This document shows positions 38,615 through 46,657 of a stretch of 64,000 nt of DNA, piece by piece. Under the pieces are notes generated by a model, which made no database searches, was not told where the DNA came from, and worked only from the letters and a program-made list of their open reading frames with translations. Position numbers and translations under genes: made by a program. Source of the stretch: Acidobacteriota bacterium (GTDB lineage: Bacteria > Acidobacteriota > UBA890 > WLXD01). The first letter of the stretch is position 1. Each line of letters starts with the position of its first letter. The stretch spans positions 1,504,001-1,568,000 of the forward strand of contig CAXWPH010000015.1 in the NCBI GenBank assembly GCA_963666055.2. The letters run 5' to 3'.

Positions 38615-41226
38615 GTGAGCATCGGATCGGCGATGATCTCGACGATCGCCGCGACGTCCGAGGCCAGCGCCTCCTCGAGAGCTTGTGGCAGCTGCTCAGC
38701 TCGTTCTACGCGTGCGCCGAAGCCGCCGCAGAGTCCGGCGAAGTCGGCGAAGCTCGGGTTGTGCAGTGACGTCTGCCAGACTTTCCACTCGCCGTCGCGC
38801 TGCTCCTTGGAGATCTTGCCGAGCTCGCTATTGTTGAGCAGCACGTGGACGATGTTCATTCCGTACTTCACCGCGGTGGTGAAGTCGGCGAGGTACTGAC
38901 CGAAACCACCGTCGCCGCTCACCGATACGACGCGGCGCTTACCGTTGACCGCCGCCCAGGCTCCCATCGCAGCGGGGAAGGCGAAACCGATCGATCCCAG
39001 GTAGCCCGACATGACCACGGTGTGCTCCGCACACTCGAAGTAGCGCCCGAACGAGTAGGTGTTGTTGCCCACGTCGACGGCGATCACGGCGTTGCTCGGA
39101 ATGGCGGCGGCAAGCTCGCGGAATACCAATGCCGAGTTGATTCCTTCGCCGTTGTCGACCGCCTCGCGCGACGACTTCTCGTGCCGCCAATCGGCCCAGC
39201 GAACGGCGAGCTCAGGGCGCTGATCGACGCATGCACGGGTCTCGGGCAGGCGGTCGCGCAACAGCCTGGCGGTGATGCCGATGTCGCCCCAGATCGGCTC
39301 GTCGACAGCGTGGAACTTTCCCAGCGCCATGCGGTCGAAGTCGACCTGGATGATCGGCTTGCGGTGATCGATTCCGGTGTGGTGCGCGAAGGAAGCACCG
39401 AACACGATGAGCAGGTCGGACTCGTTCATGAACCAGCTCGCCACCGGCGTGCCGCTGCGGCCGAGCACCCCACCGCCGAGCTCGTGGACGTCCGAGATCA
39501 GCCCCTTGGCCTTGAACGTCGTGATGATCGGGCAGCTGAGCGCCTCGGCGAGCGCGATCACCTCGGGCATGCCGTCACGGGCACCGTTGCCGACAATGAT
39601 CACCGGGCGTTTGGCGCGCGGGATCCGGTACATGGCGCTATTGATGATCGCCTCGGGCGGGGTGATCGCGGTGGGTCCGATACGTCCGTACGGGCGTCCC
39701 GGGGCCTGCTCGCCGGCATCGAGCACCTGAACCTCATCGGGCAGGATGAGGTGGGCGACGTCGCGCTCCACACACGCGGTCTTGAGCGCCAGCGACGTCA
39801 GCTCGGCATGGTCGCTTCCCGGCAGCACCGTCTGACTGAATCTGGTGACCGCGTCGAACGCGCTTGCCAGGTCGATGTCCTGGAATGCGCCCGGGCCCAT
39901 TACCTGAGTATTGACCTGGCCGGTGAGTGCGAGCACCGGGGCGCGATCGACCTTGGCATCCCACAGCCCGGTGAGCAGGTTGGTGGCTCCGGGCCCGGCG
40001 ATCGACAGGCACGCGGCGGGGCGTCCACTGACTTTGGCGTAGCCCGAGCAGGCGAAGGCGGCGGCACCTTCGTGGCGCACCCCGAAGTAGCGAATGTTGC
40101 CGCGCGCCTCCTGTACACGATGTGCTTCGGACATGCCGAGGTTGGAGTGCCCGACCATGCCGAACACCGTGTCGATGCCCCACTCGACCATGGTCTCGGC
40201 GATCACGTGGCAGACGGTCCACGGAGAATGCTTCGGCGGCGGCGCCGCGATCTCCACCACGTTGCCTTGCTCACGAATCTCGATGGTGTCGGCAGCGAAC
40301 TCGTTGCCCACGCCGCGGCCGGTGGCGAGAGCGAAATCGTAGCCGTGCCAGGGACAGCGCAGGGCGCCGTCGCAGATCGTTCCCTCGGTCAGCGGCCCTC
40401 CCTGATGCGGGCATTTTCCGTCCATGGCGAAGAGGCCGTCTTCGGTGCGCACCACCGCCACCTGCCGCTCGCCCACGGCCACGGCGCGCACCTGGCCGGC
40501 TGGGAAGTCGTCGGCGTTGCCCACCGCGATCCAGGCCGCCTCGGCAGTCCCCTCGCCGCCACGCGCCGCCGCCGAGATCGTGCCGCCCTCGGTGTCCTTG
40601 AACCCGGCGTACCAGTGGGCGCCATCGCAAAAGGGCTTGTTGAGCGACTGGCCGCAGCGACAGAGGGCGTAATGATCTTCCACGGCCCCCTCGCCGAACT
40701 CGACGTCGGCTAACTCGACGCCGCCACGCACATAATAGGGCCCGTCGCGCGACACCTGGATGGACGGCTCGTCGTGCCAATCGGTGATCGCCTTGTCGTT
40801 CTCCTCCCACGCGAGCGCCCCGGAAGGGCACGTGCGAATCGTCGCCTTGATCTCTTCGCTCGGTCCACCGTCCGGATCGATCCAGGGATCCACGCCGGTG
40901 CGCCACACCGACGGCATGTCGTTGGAGCAGTAGCCGGCGTGCGAGCAGTGACCGCGGTTGTCGTGAATGGTGATGTCCTTCCCCTCGTAGCGATCGAGGG
41001 CGTCGGGTGTTCGATCGTCCGCCTTGTCGTCGGTGAAGCCGATGCGCTTGTGGGTGCCGTCACAGTACGGCTTGCGCTTCGACGCGCCACAGCGACAGAG
41101 CGACATCGCGCCCTTGGCGGGCACTGCTTCGCCGCGTGAGTTGCGGAAGTCGCGCACCCCGCTGACCTTGATCGGCCCGTCTTTGATCAGCTTGATGAGG
41201 GGGCGCTCGCTAGTGCTGTCGGTCAT
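38611..41226 (-). CDS. CDGSH-ferredoxin-CDGSH-Rieske fusion to pyruvate oxidase/decarboxylase-like TPP enzyme
   Basis: LCRCGASKRKPYCDGTH; CSHAGYC..CPSGAL; LCRCGQSLNKPFCDGAH; Rieske CPH..CPWH; TPP-enzyme motifs RHEGAAAF, GPGATN, GDGGFGQ..LLNN. Confidence 0.9.
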   Translation of the reverse strand: MTDSTSERPLIKLIKDGPIKVSGVRDFRNSRGEAVPAKGAMSLCRCGASKRKPYCDGTHKRIGFTDDKADDRTPDALDRYEGKDITIHDNRGHCSHAGYCSNDMPSVWRTGVDPWIDPDGGPSEEIKATIRTCPSGALAWEENDKAITDWHDEPSIQVSRDGPYYVRGGVELADVEFGEGAVEDHYALCRCGQSLNKPFCDGAHWYAGFKDTEGGTISAAARGGEGTAEAAWIAVGNADDFPAGQVRAVAVGERQVAVVRTEDGLFAMDGKCPHQGGPLTEGTICDGALRCPWHGYDFALATGRGVGNEFAADTIEIREQGNVVEIAAPPPKHSPWTVCHVIAETMVEWGIDTVFGMVGHSNLGMSEAHRVQEARGNIRYFGVRHEGAAAFACSGYAKVSGRPAACLSIAGPGATNLLTGLWDAKVDRAPVLALTGQVNTQVMGPGAFQDIDLASAFDAVTRFSQTVLPGSDHAELTSLALKTACVERDVAHLILPDEVQVLDAGEQAPGRPYGRIGPTAITPPEAIINSAMYRIPRAKRPVIIVGNGARDGMPEVIALAEALSCPIITTFKAKGLISDVHELGGGVLGRSGTPVASWFMNESDLLIVFGASFAHHTGIDHRKPIIQVDFDRMALGKFHAVDEPIWGDIGITARLLRDRLPETRACVDQRPELAVRWADWRHEKSSREAVDNGEGINSALVFRELAAAIPSNAVIAVDVGNNTYSFGRYFECAEHTVVMSGYLGSIGFAFPAAMGAWAAVNGKRRVVSVSGDGGFGQYLADFTTAVKYGMNIVHVLLNNSELGKISKEQRDGEWKVWQTSLHNPSFADFAGLCGGFGARVERAEQLPQALEEALASDVAAIVEIIADPMLT

Positions 41227-41445
41227 GGTTGTCCTCCGGTGGCGAGCAACGGTAGCACGAGGTCGATTTGGCCTGCGGTGAGGCGATCCCGCACCATCCG
41301 GCCGCTGACAACGCCGATCGGCTACACCCGGAGGCCACCGATTCGTCGGCCTGCTAGGGTCGCAGCCGGGCGAAATCGTCGCCTACCACCACTCCTGTCG
41401 TGTTGGTCCAGAACAGCACCGAGAAATTCCCCTGGAAGGCGCCGT

Positions 41446-41461
41446 CGGCGCGAAGCTTGCA
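41446..41461 (+). promoter_or_regulatory. Possible sigma54-like promoter
   Basis: CGGCGC-GAAGC-TTGCA has the correct GG-N10-GC spacing, about 75 nt upstream of the M48 peptidase start. Confidence 0.4.
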
Positions 41462-41536
41462 GCCTGATCTATGGTCGCGGCACCCGGAGATGTTAGTTTC
41501 AGAGGCAACAAGCCCCTGAGCTTTCGGAGCCGGATC

Positions 41537-42601
41537 ATGCGAAGCGCACTCGCCGGTGGTCTGCTGGGGCTCGGCGTTTTGACGTCGGTCGCAGCAGCGA
41601 TTGCCCAGCCGCAACACCAGGAGCCAAGACGACTGCAGCAGAGCGGGGCAGTTTTCGAAGTCGAGGCGAGGGCGGCGGGTGTGCCGATCGAGCTCGATGC
41701 CTATGCGGAGTATCGCCAGGGCGGCACCTTCATCATCGACGGTCAACGGGTGCGGGTCATTGCCGCCACAGTGATCGGCGGCGAAGTGCAAAACGCGAGC
41801 GAGATCGAGCTCGGCTTCGAGGCCAAGGTTTGGGGACGTCGGCTCGACACCGGGGTGATCGTCGCTGAGCGGATCGAGGCGAGGGGAAACGGCTCGCAGT
41901 TGCTCGAGACGCAGGTGCGATCGGCCGGTCACGAGCTCGAGCGAGAGTGGCTGCAGGCGGGCCGTATGTACGACGGCGAGCGCACCATCGGACAGATCGT
42001 TTCCTACGACGATCGTGTTCTTCGCGTGGAAAAGATCCTCGCCAAGCTCAAGCCCGCGTATCTGCTGCCCGGCGAGGTGCGCGTGCACGTGGTTGACACG
42101 AGACTGTGGAACGCGTCGGCGATGGCCAACGGATCGATCTGGATCTACACCGGGCTGATGGACGCCATCTCCGACGACGAGCTGGCGGTTATTGTCGGCC
42201 ACGAGCTGGCACACTACACCCACGAGCATTCACGGCGCAGTGCCAAGTCGGGAATGTGGAAGCAGGCTCTGGCCAACCTGGGTGCAGGCTTGCTGGGCGG
42301 CGCGCTCGCCGGCGGTGCGGGCTCGAATGTGGCCAACGTGGCGGCGCTGATCGGTACTCAGGCCTGGACCAACGGGTACAGTCGCGAGCTTGAGGATCAA
42401 GCCGACCGGGTCGGTTTGCGCTACGCGTACGAGGCCGGCTACGACGTCTATGCCGGGCCGATCCTCTGGGATCGCTTCCGCGAGCGCTTTGGCGAAGCCG
42501 ACCCCGTTACCAACTTCATCCTCGGCACGCACTCGCGACCCACCGATCGCATCCTCAATATTCAGCGTGAGCTACAGATCAACTACCGGGATGCGCGTTA
42601 G
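41537..42601 (+). CDS. Secreted M48-family metallopeptidase with N-terminal DUF5666-like domain
   Basis: Signal peptide. NASAMANG, ELAVIVGHELAH, YSRELEDQADRVG, THS..DR motifs. Confidence 0.9.
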   Translation: MRSALAGGLLGLGVLTSVAAAIAQPQHQEPRRLQQSGAVFEVEARAAGVPIELDAYAEYRQGGTFIIDGQRVRVIAATVIGGEVQNASEIELGFEAKVWGRRLDTGVIVAERIEARGNGSQLLETQVRSAGHELEREWLQAGRMYDGERTIGQIVSYDDRVLRVEKILAKLKPAYLLPGEVRVHVVDTRLWNASAMANGSIWIYTGLMDAISDDELAVIVGHELAHYTHEHSRRSAKSGMWKQALANLGAGLLGGALAGGAGSNVANVAALIGTQAWTNGYSRELEDQADRVGLRYAYEAGYDVYAGPILWDRFRERFGEADPVTNFILGTHSRPTDRILNIQRELQINYRDAR

Positions 42602-42625
42602 CAGGCCGTGGTGGAAGTGTGGCGG
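42598..42625. mobile_element. Solo MITE left TIR at the M48 gene stop codon
   Basis: TTAGCAGGCCGTGGTGGAAGTGTGGCGG. The TAG is the M48 stop codon. Confidence 0.8.
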
Positions 42626-42635
42626 TAGGAGCCAG

Positions 42636-43115
42636 CTAGCAGCGGCCTTGCCAGCGCTCGATCCAGACGTCGACCCGCTGGTTGCCGGAAAAGTCGTTAC
42701 CCTTCAGCGTCAAGATCGGCGGCCCGAGATTGTCGTAGATCATGTTGCCGACCAGGGTCACGTCGCGACCCCCGTCGAGCCAGATGCCGCCGTCCCACCA
42801 ATCGTCGGCGGATACGTCGAGAGCGTTGCCGTAGATCTTGTTGCGCTTGACCAAGACGTTGACCGAATCCTCCACGAGGAGACCACCGCCGTGGTTGTGG
42901 TGGGAGCGATTGTTGCGGATCACAGCGTTGCGCATGCGGTAGCCGTCGATGCCCGTACCGGCCATCGTTCCCGCATTGACGTCGTCGCCCTCAGTGGAAA
43001 CGTATAGCGAGTCGGTTTCGGGGGCGCTGGTTGCCGGCATGCTAGGTGCGGTGGTGAGCAGCGCGATCGCCGCCGCGACCAGGCTCCACGGCCGAGGCAA
43101 CCTACAGGGTGCCAC
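42636..43115 (-). pseudogene. Secreted right-handed parallel beta-helix protein, apparently collapsed by internal deletions
   Basis: Signal peptide, then YVSTEGDDVNAGT (typical N-cap) jumps directly into a few PbH1-like repeats (IRNNRSHHNHGGG, VKRNKIYGN, LVGNMIYDN). Only 159 aa. Confidence 0.55.
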
Positions 43116-44757
43116 GGCGCTCGTCGAGCGTGGGGCGCTCGTCGGCGTTCGCCAACTGCCAGCTGAGGCGGTGCACCAGGCGCACGATGCGCTCCATCTT
43201 GGGATAGTTGATTCGATCCGGCGTGTCCGTCTCGCGATGGTAGTCAGGATGCAAGCCGGTATGGAAGAACAGCGCCGGCACGTCGCGCTGTAGGAACGGC
43301 CACTGGTCGCTGCGACGCAGCAGGTTCGAGGGGTTGTTGTCGTAGGCGAGCTCGAGGTCCAGCCCGATGGGTGCGTTGGCCTCGACTACGCCGTTGCGCA
43401 GCGCGCTGCTGTACGTGTAGCCCATGATGTGAACGCTGTTGGCGTTCTCCTCGGCAGTCTGCGGCTCGAGCCCCCGGAATCGGCCGCCGCCATCGGCAGG
43501 CACCTCCTCGTTACGGCCGATCATGTCCATATTCAGGGCCGCGGCGGTGCGATCGAGCGGGAACAGCGGATTCTCGGTGTACGCCCAGGCACCCAAGAGC
43601 CCGACCTCTTCTGAGTTCCACGCCGCGAACAGCACCGACCTGCGGGGCCGTTGGCCGGCGGCGGCGGCGAGGGCGTAGGCCTCGGCGATCTCCAGCACCC
43701 CGACAGTTCCGGAGCCGTCGTCGTCGGCTCCGTTGAAAATGCGATCGCCTGCGGCGCCGTCGTGATCGTAGTGCGCGCAGACGATCACCAACTCGTCGGA
43801 AAGGTCCGGGTCGGACCCGCGCATCAGCCCCACGACATTGCGATCTGGCACCCGGCGCTGCTCGACCGAGATCGTCATGTTGATGCGCACGTCCGGTATG
43901 TCGATGGTGACGGCGCCCGCTCCCGACTCCGCCTTGCGTGACAGCTCCCCGAGGCTACTTCCACTGCTGGCGACCAGTCGCTCCGCCAGCGTTGCCGATA
44001 TTCGCGCTGCCGGGATGGTGACGCGGTCCGTCCAGCTGGCGAGCAAGTACCTGATCCGCGACGGCGTTACCCATTGCTGCTCGTGGGCGCGCTCCATGCT
44101 GGCGGCCGGCTCATGGTTGTGAACGTCGGTGACGAACAGGATTCCCACGGCGCCGCGCTCTTGCGCCGCGAGCGCCTTGCGCAGCTCGCGCGACACTTCG
44201 GATCGCACCAGGCCGTCGAACGGACTCTCGGCCGCGAGCTCGCCGGGCTCGTGATCGAACACGAGCACCACCTTGCCGGTGGCATCCGCCTCGGCATAGT
44301 CATCGTACTGGAGCGACTCGGAGGCGATGCCGAAGCTGGCGAGCAGCAGCTCGCCGCTGCCGGTGGCGCTGGCGCTGAAGTTCATGGGAGTGACATCAAC
44401 GCCCAGGCGCGCCGCCGCCGCACGCCCATCGATCGTGGTGCTGAGACGATTGGTGTCGCCCAGGCTGCTGGTAATGAGCTCGAACCGTTGGTAGTAGGAG
44501 CCATCGGTTGCCACGGGCTCGAGGCCCAAGCGCTGGAAGCGCGCTTCGATAAATTCCGCTGCCAGCGCGTTCTCCGGACTCTCGGGTCCACGGCCGCGCA
44601 TACTGTCCCCGGCGAGAAACTCGAGGTCGGCCTGCAGGTCCTCCTGGCGAATCGTGTCGTTGCCTGGGACCAACGACGCACTCGGACTGGGCGCGCAGGC
44701 GACCATCGAAATGGACACCAGAAACGCCGAGAGAGCGAGAGCAGTGTGTTCGGTCAC
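43102..44757 (-). CDS. M28-family aminopeptidase lipoprotein with PA domain
   Basis: Lipobox MVAC. AHYDH, GADDDGSG, SEEVGLLG, NMDMIG, RSDQ, DYH. Confidence 0.92.
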   Translation of the reverse strand: MTEHTALALSAFLVSISMVACAPSPSASLVPGNDTIRQEDLQADLEFLAGDSMRGRGPESPENALAAEFIEARFQRLGLEPVATDGSYYQRFELITSSLGDTNRLSTTIDGRAAAARLGVDVTPMNFSASATGSGELLLASFGIASESLQYDDYAEADATGKVVLVFDHEPGELAAESPFDGLVRSEVSRELRKALAAQERGAVGILFVTDVHNHEPAASMERAHEQQWVTPSRIRYLLASWTDRVTIPAARISATLAERLVASSGSSLGELSRKAESGAGAVTIDIPDVRINMTISVEQRRVPDRNVVGLMRGSDPDLSDELVIVCAHYDHDGAAGDRIFNGADDDGSGTVGVLEIAEAYALAAAAGQRPRRSVLFAAWNSEEVGLLGAWAYTENPLFPLDRTAAALNMDMIGRNEEVPADGGGRFRGLEPQTAEENANSVHIMGYTYSSALRNGVVEANAPIGLDLELAYDNNPSNLLRRSDQWPFLQRDVPALFFHTGLHPDYHRETDTPDRINYPKMERIVRLVHRLSWQLANADERPTLDERRGTL

Positions 44758-44852
44758 GTTCGCCGTCCTCCGAGGGAAAGCTCTATTGCCTGGCGATGAT
44801 GCAGCGAAACGACTGGCGTTACCAGCGCACCGGGGATCAGGCGGTTCAGGCG

Positions 44853-46034
44853 TTAGCTGTAGCCGTGATATTTGCTTCGACGGGGTGCGTCGTCGGGCTC
44901 AGGCGGGCTCCAGCGCCCGGACTCGAAATCGAGCCAGCGCATCGATAGTGCCTCACCGTAGGCCGGGCCGAGCTCGTCCATGAGACCGCGCTCGCGTAGC
45001 TGCTCGACCAGAACTCGCGCGTAGGTGTTGCGTGCCACGGTGATCAGTGCTCCGAGCCCGTCATAGGCGGCCCGCAGGTTGTCGGCTGGAAAGCTCACCG
45101 TGTTGTCCGCGTAGTCGATGCCCGGGACACCCTCGAGGATCTCCAGACTAGCGGGAGGTACGGCCCGCAAGGTAGCGCGGATTGGCGTGCTGACGCGCAT
45201 CACGCCGGCGGCCGCGAGGTTCTCGACGGCGCGCTGAGCCGCAGCTGTCATCTCGGCATGGGCTTCCTCGACGGGGCTCAGCTGCACCGAGGAGGCGCTG
45301 GTGGCGGTCTTCACGATCACGAACTCGATCCACGGCATGGTCTGGAGATCCGCCGCCAGTCGGTCGTCGCCGGATCCGAAGATCACCGGCACGCCGAACC
45401 GACCCCACGACAGCGCCACCAGCTCGGTCTCGGTAATCGAGGCTCCGTTGAGGATGATGTCCATACCCAGCGTGAAGGTGTGTGAAGCGAAGCCACCACT
45501 GCCGGTCTTGGCGTGCATGCCGACGACCGCGACGGCGTCGTAGCCGGAGGTCTCCGGAACGTCGAAGTAGGTGTCGAACGGCGCCTCGCGCAGCACCTGC
45601 GAAGCGCGCGGATCGAGCAGGTCGGCGCGGATGTCGGGATCCGGGTTTCCGGAGCCGTGCCCATCAACAACGTGCACTTCGGTAGCTCCGCCGGCGAACA
45701 GACCGTCGATTACCGCGTTCACGTCGGCGGCCAGCATCTCCTGACCGCGCGGATACTGCGGATCGCCGAAGTCGAAGCTGTGCCAGTCGTCCTGGCCGGC
45801 CAGGCCTTCCATGTCGTGGAGGACCAGGATGCTGATGCCGTCCGAGGTGTCCACCGCGACGCTCTCGATCGTCCACGGCACCGCGTCCCCGGCGGACGAT
45901 ACGCTTGGCGTCGCCGTCTGCTCGTCGCTGGGAGCGCCAGCGCAGCCCACAACGGCCACCATCGTGGTGCAGACCAGCGCCGCTCGCACAACCGTGTGCC
46001 GATGAAGCCGGGCGACGCGATCGAGACTCGACAT
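44853..46034 (-). CDS. M55-family (DppA-like D-aminopeptidase) lipoprotein
   Basis: ATG at 46034. Lipobox VVGC. DMEG, DGHG, VGMHAK, SHT, GDD motifs. Confidence 0.85.
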   Translation of the reverse strand: MSSLDRVARLHRHTVVRAALVCTTMVAVVGCAGAPSDEQTATPSVSSAGDAVPWTIESVAVDTSDGISILVLHDMEGLAGQDDWHSFDFGDPQYPRGQEMLAADVNAVIDGLFAGGATEVHVVDGHGSGNPDPDIRADLLDPRASQVLREAPFDTYFDVPETSGYDAVAVVGMHAKTGSGGFASHTFTLGMDIILNGASITETELVALSWGRFGVPVIFGSGDDRLAADLQTMPWIEFVIVKTATSASSVQLSPVEEAHAEMTAAAQRAVENLAAAGVMRVSTPIRATLRAVPPASLEILEGVPGIDYADNTVSFPADNLRAAYDGLGALITVARNTYARVLVEQLRERGLMDELGPAYGEALSMRWLDFESGRWSPPEPDDAPRRSKYHGYS

Positions 46035-46039
46035 CGCGG

Positions 46040-46429
46040 TTACTCCTTCGTGTGCGCCTCGAGCGACGCGCGGAAGCTCGTGCCCAACGTGCTCAGCCGC
46101 TCTTCGAGTCGCTGGGTGCAATCGCAGTTGCTGCATGCCCAAGGTTCGGTGCCGTTCTTGTCGCGGCACTGTTCGGGGTTGTGCGCGTCCTTGATCCGCT
46201 CGAGCTCGAAGTACTCTTCCCAGTACGGGATCTCCTCTTCGAGCGGCGTCGGGCAGTAGCAAACCTCTACCCAACACACGGTGCCGTCATGCAGCTGGCG
46301 AGCGTCGGCCATGTTGCGCAGATACTCGTCGCCGGCGACCGATCCTTGCCCGAGAGTGCGGCCGCCGATGGCGACGCGCAACGCTCGTGCGCGGCCTTCC
46401 TTCAGGCGGACTCGAACCAGGTATCGCAT
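46040..46429 (-). CDS. Cys-rich hypothetical protein (129 aa)
   Basis: EVCYC..PLEEE.PYWEEYF and CRD.NG.EPWAC..CDCT. Co-oriented with the M55 gene, 5 nt upstream of it. Confidence 0.75.
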   Translation of the reverse strand: MRYLVRVRLKEGRARALRVAIGGRTLGQGSVAGDEYLRNMADARQLHDGTVCWVEVCYCPTPLEEEIPYWEEYFELERIKDAHNPEQCRDKNGTEPWACSNCDCTQRLEERLSTLGTSFRASLEAHTKE

Positions 46430-46535
46430 CGATCCGATTCTGGCACGCGCAGTTCGTCAGGCATACCGTGGAGCCACCTACACGGCGGCTCGAGCTGGTA
46501 TCGTCGTCGGGCCGATTTCGCCGCCATCCTACGGA

Positions 46536-46637
46536 CAGATGGGCAGTTGCGGGCGATCTCGGCGTTGCGCCTCGTCGACGATGCCCACTGCATCGCCTTC
46601 CTCGCCGCGCCTTGATCTCACCCGCAAGTCCTATCTG
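46536..46637. repeat. TIR-less hairpin (module C) sharing the core of the MITE modules
   Basis: Outer stems CAGATGGG/CCTATCTG and TTGCGGG/CCCGCAA. Reverse strand reads CAAGG-N12-GGCGATG-N7-CATCGTCGA-N7-CAACGC. Confidence 0.7.
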
Positions 46638-46657
46638 CGATATGCAACGATCATCTC

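Noticed and set aside
38845-40713. Long antisense ORFs (622 aa here; also 55646-57184, 5015-6100, 11601-12647)
   Set aside because: They lie opposite well-supported genes and have no motifs. Such shadow ORFs are expected in high-GC DNA.
41347-41357. CGGCCTGCTAG as an additional MITE right end
   Set aside because: Only 11 nt match and the adjacent sequence diverges from the TIR. It may be a relic but cannot be supported.
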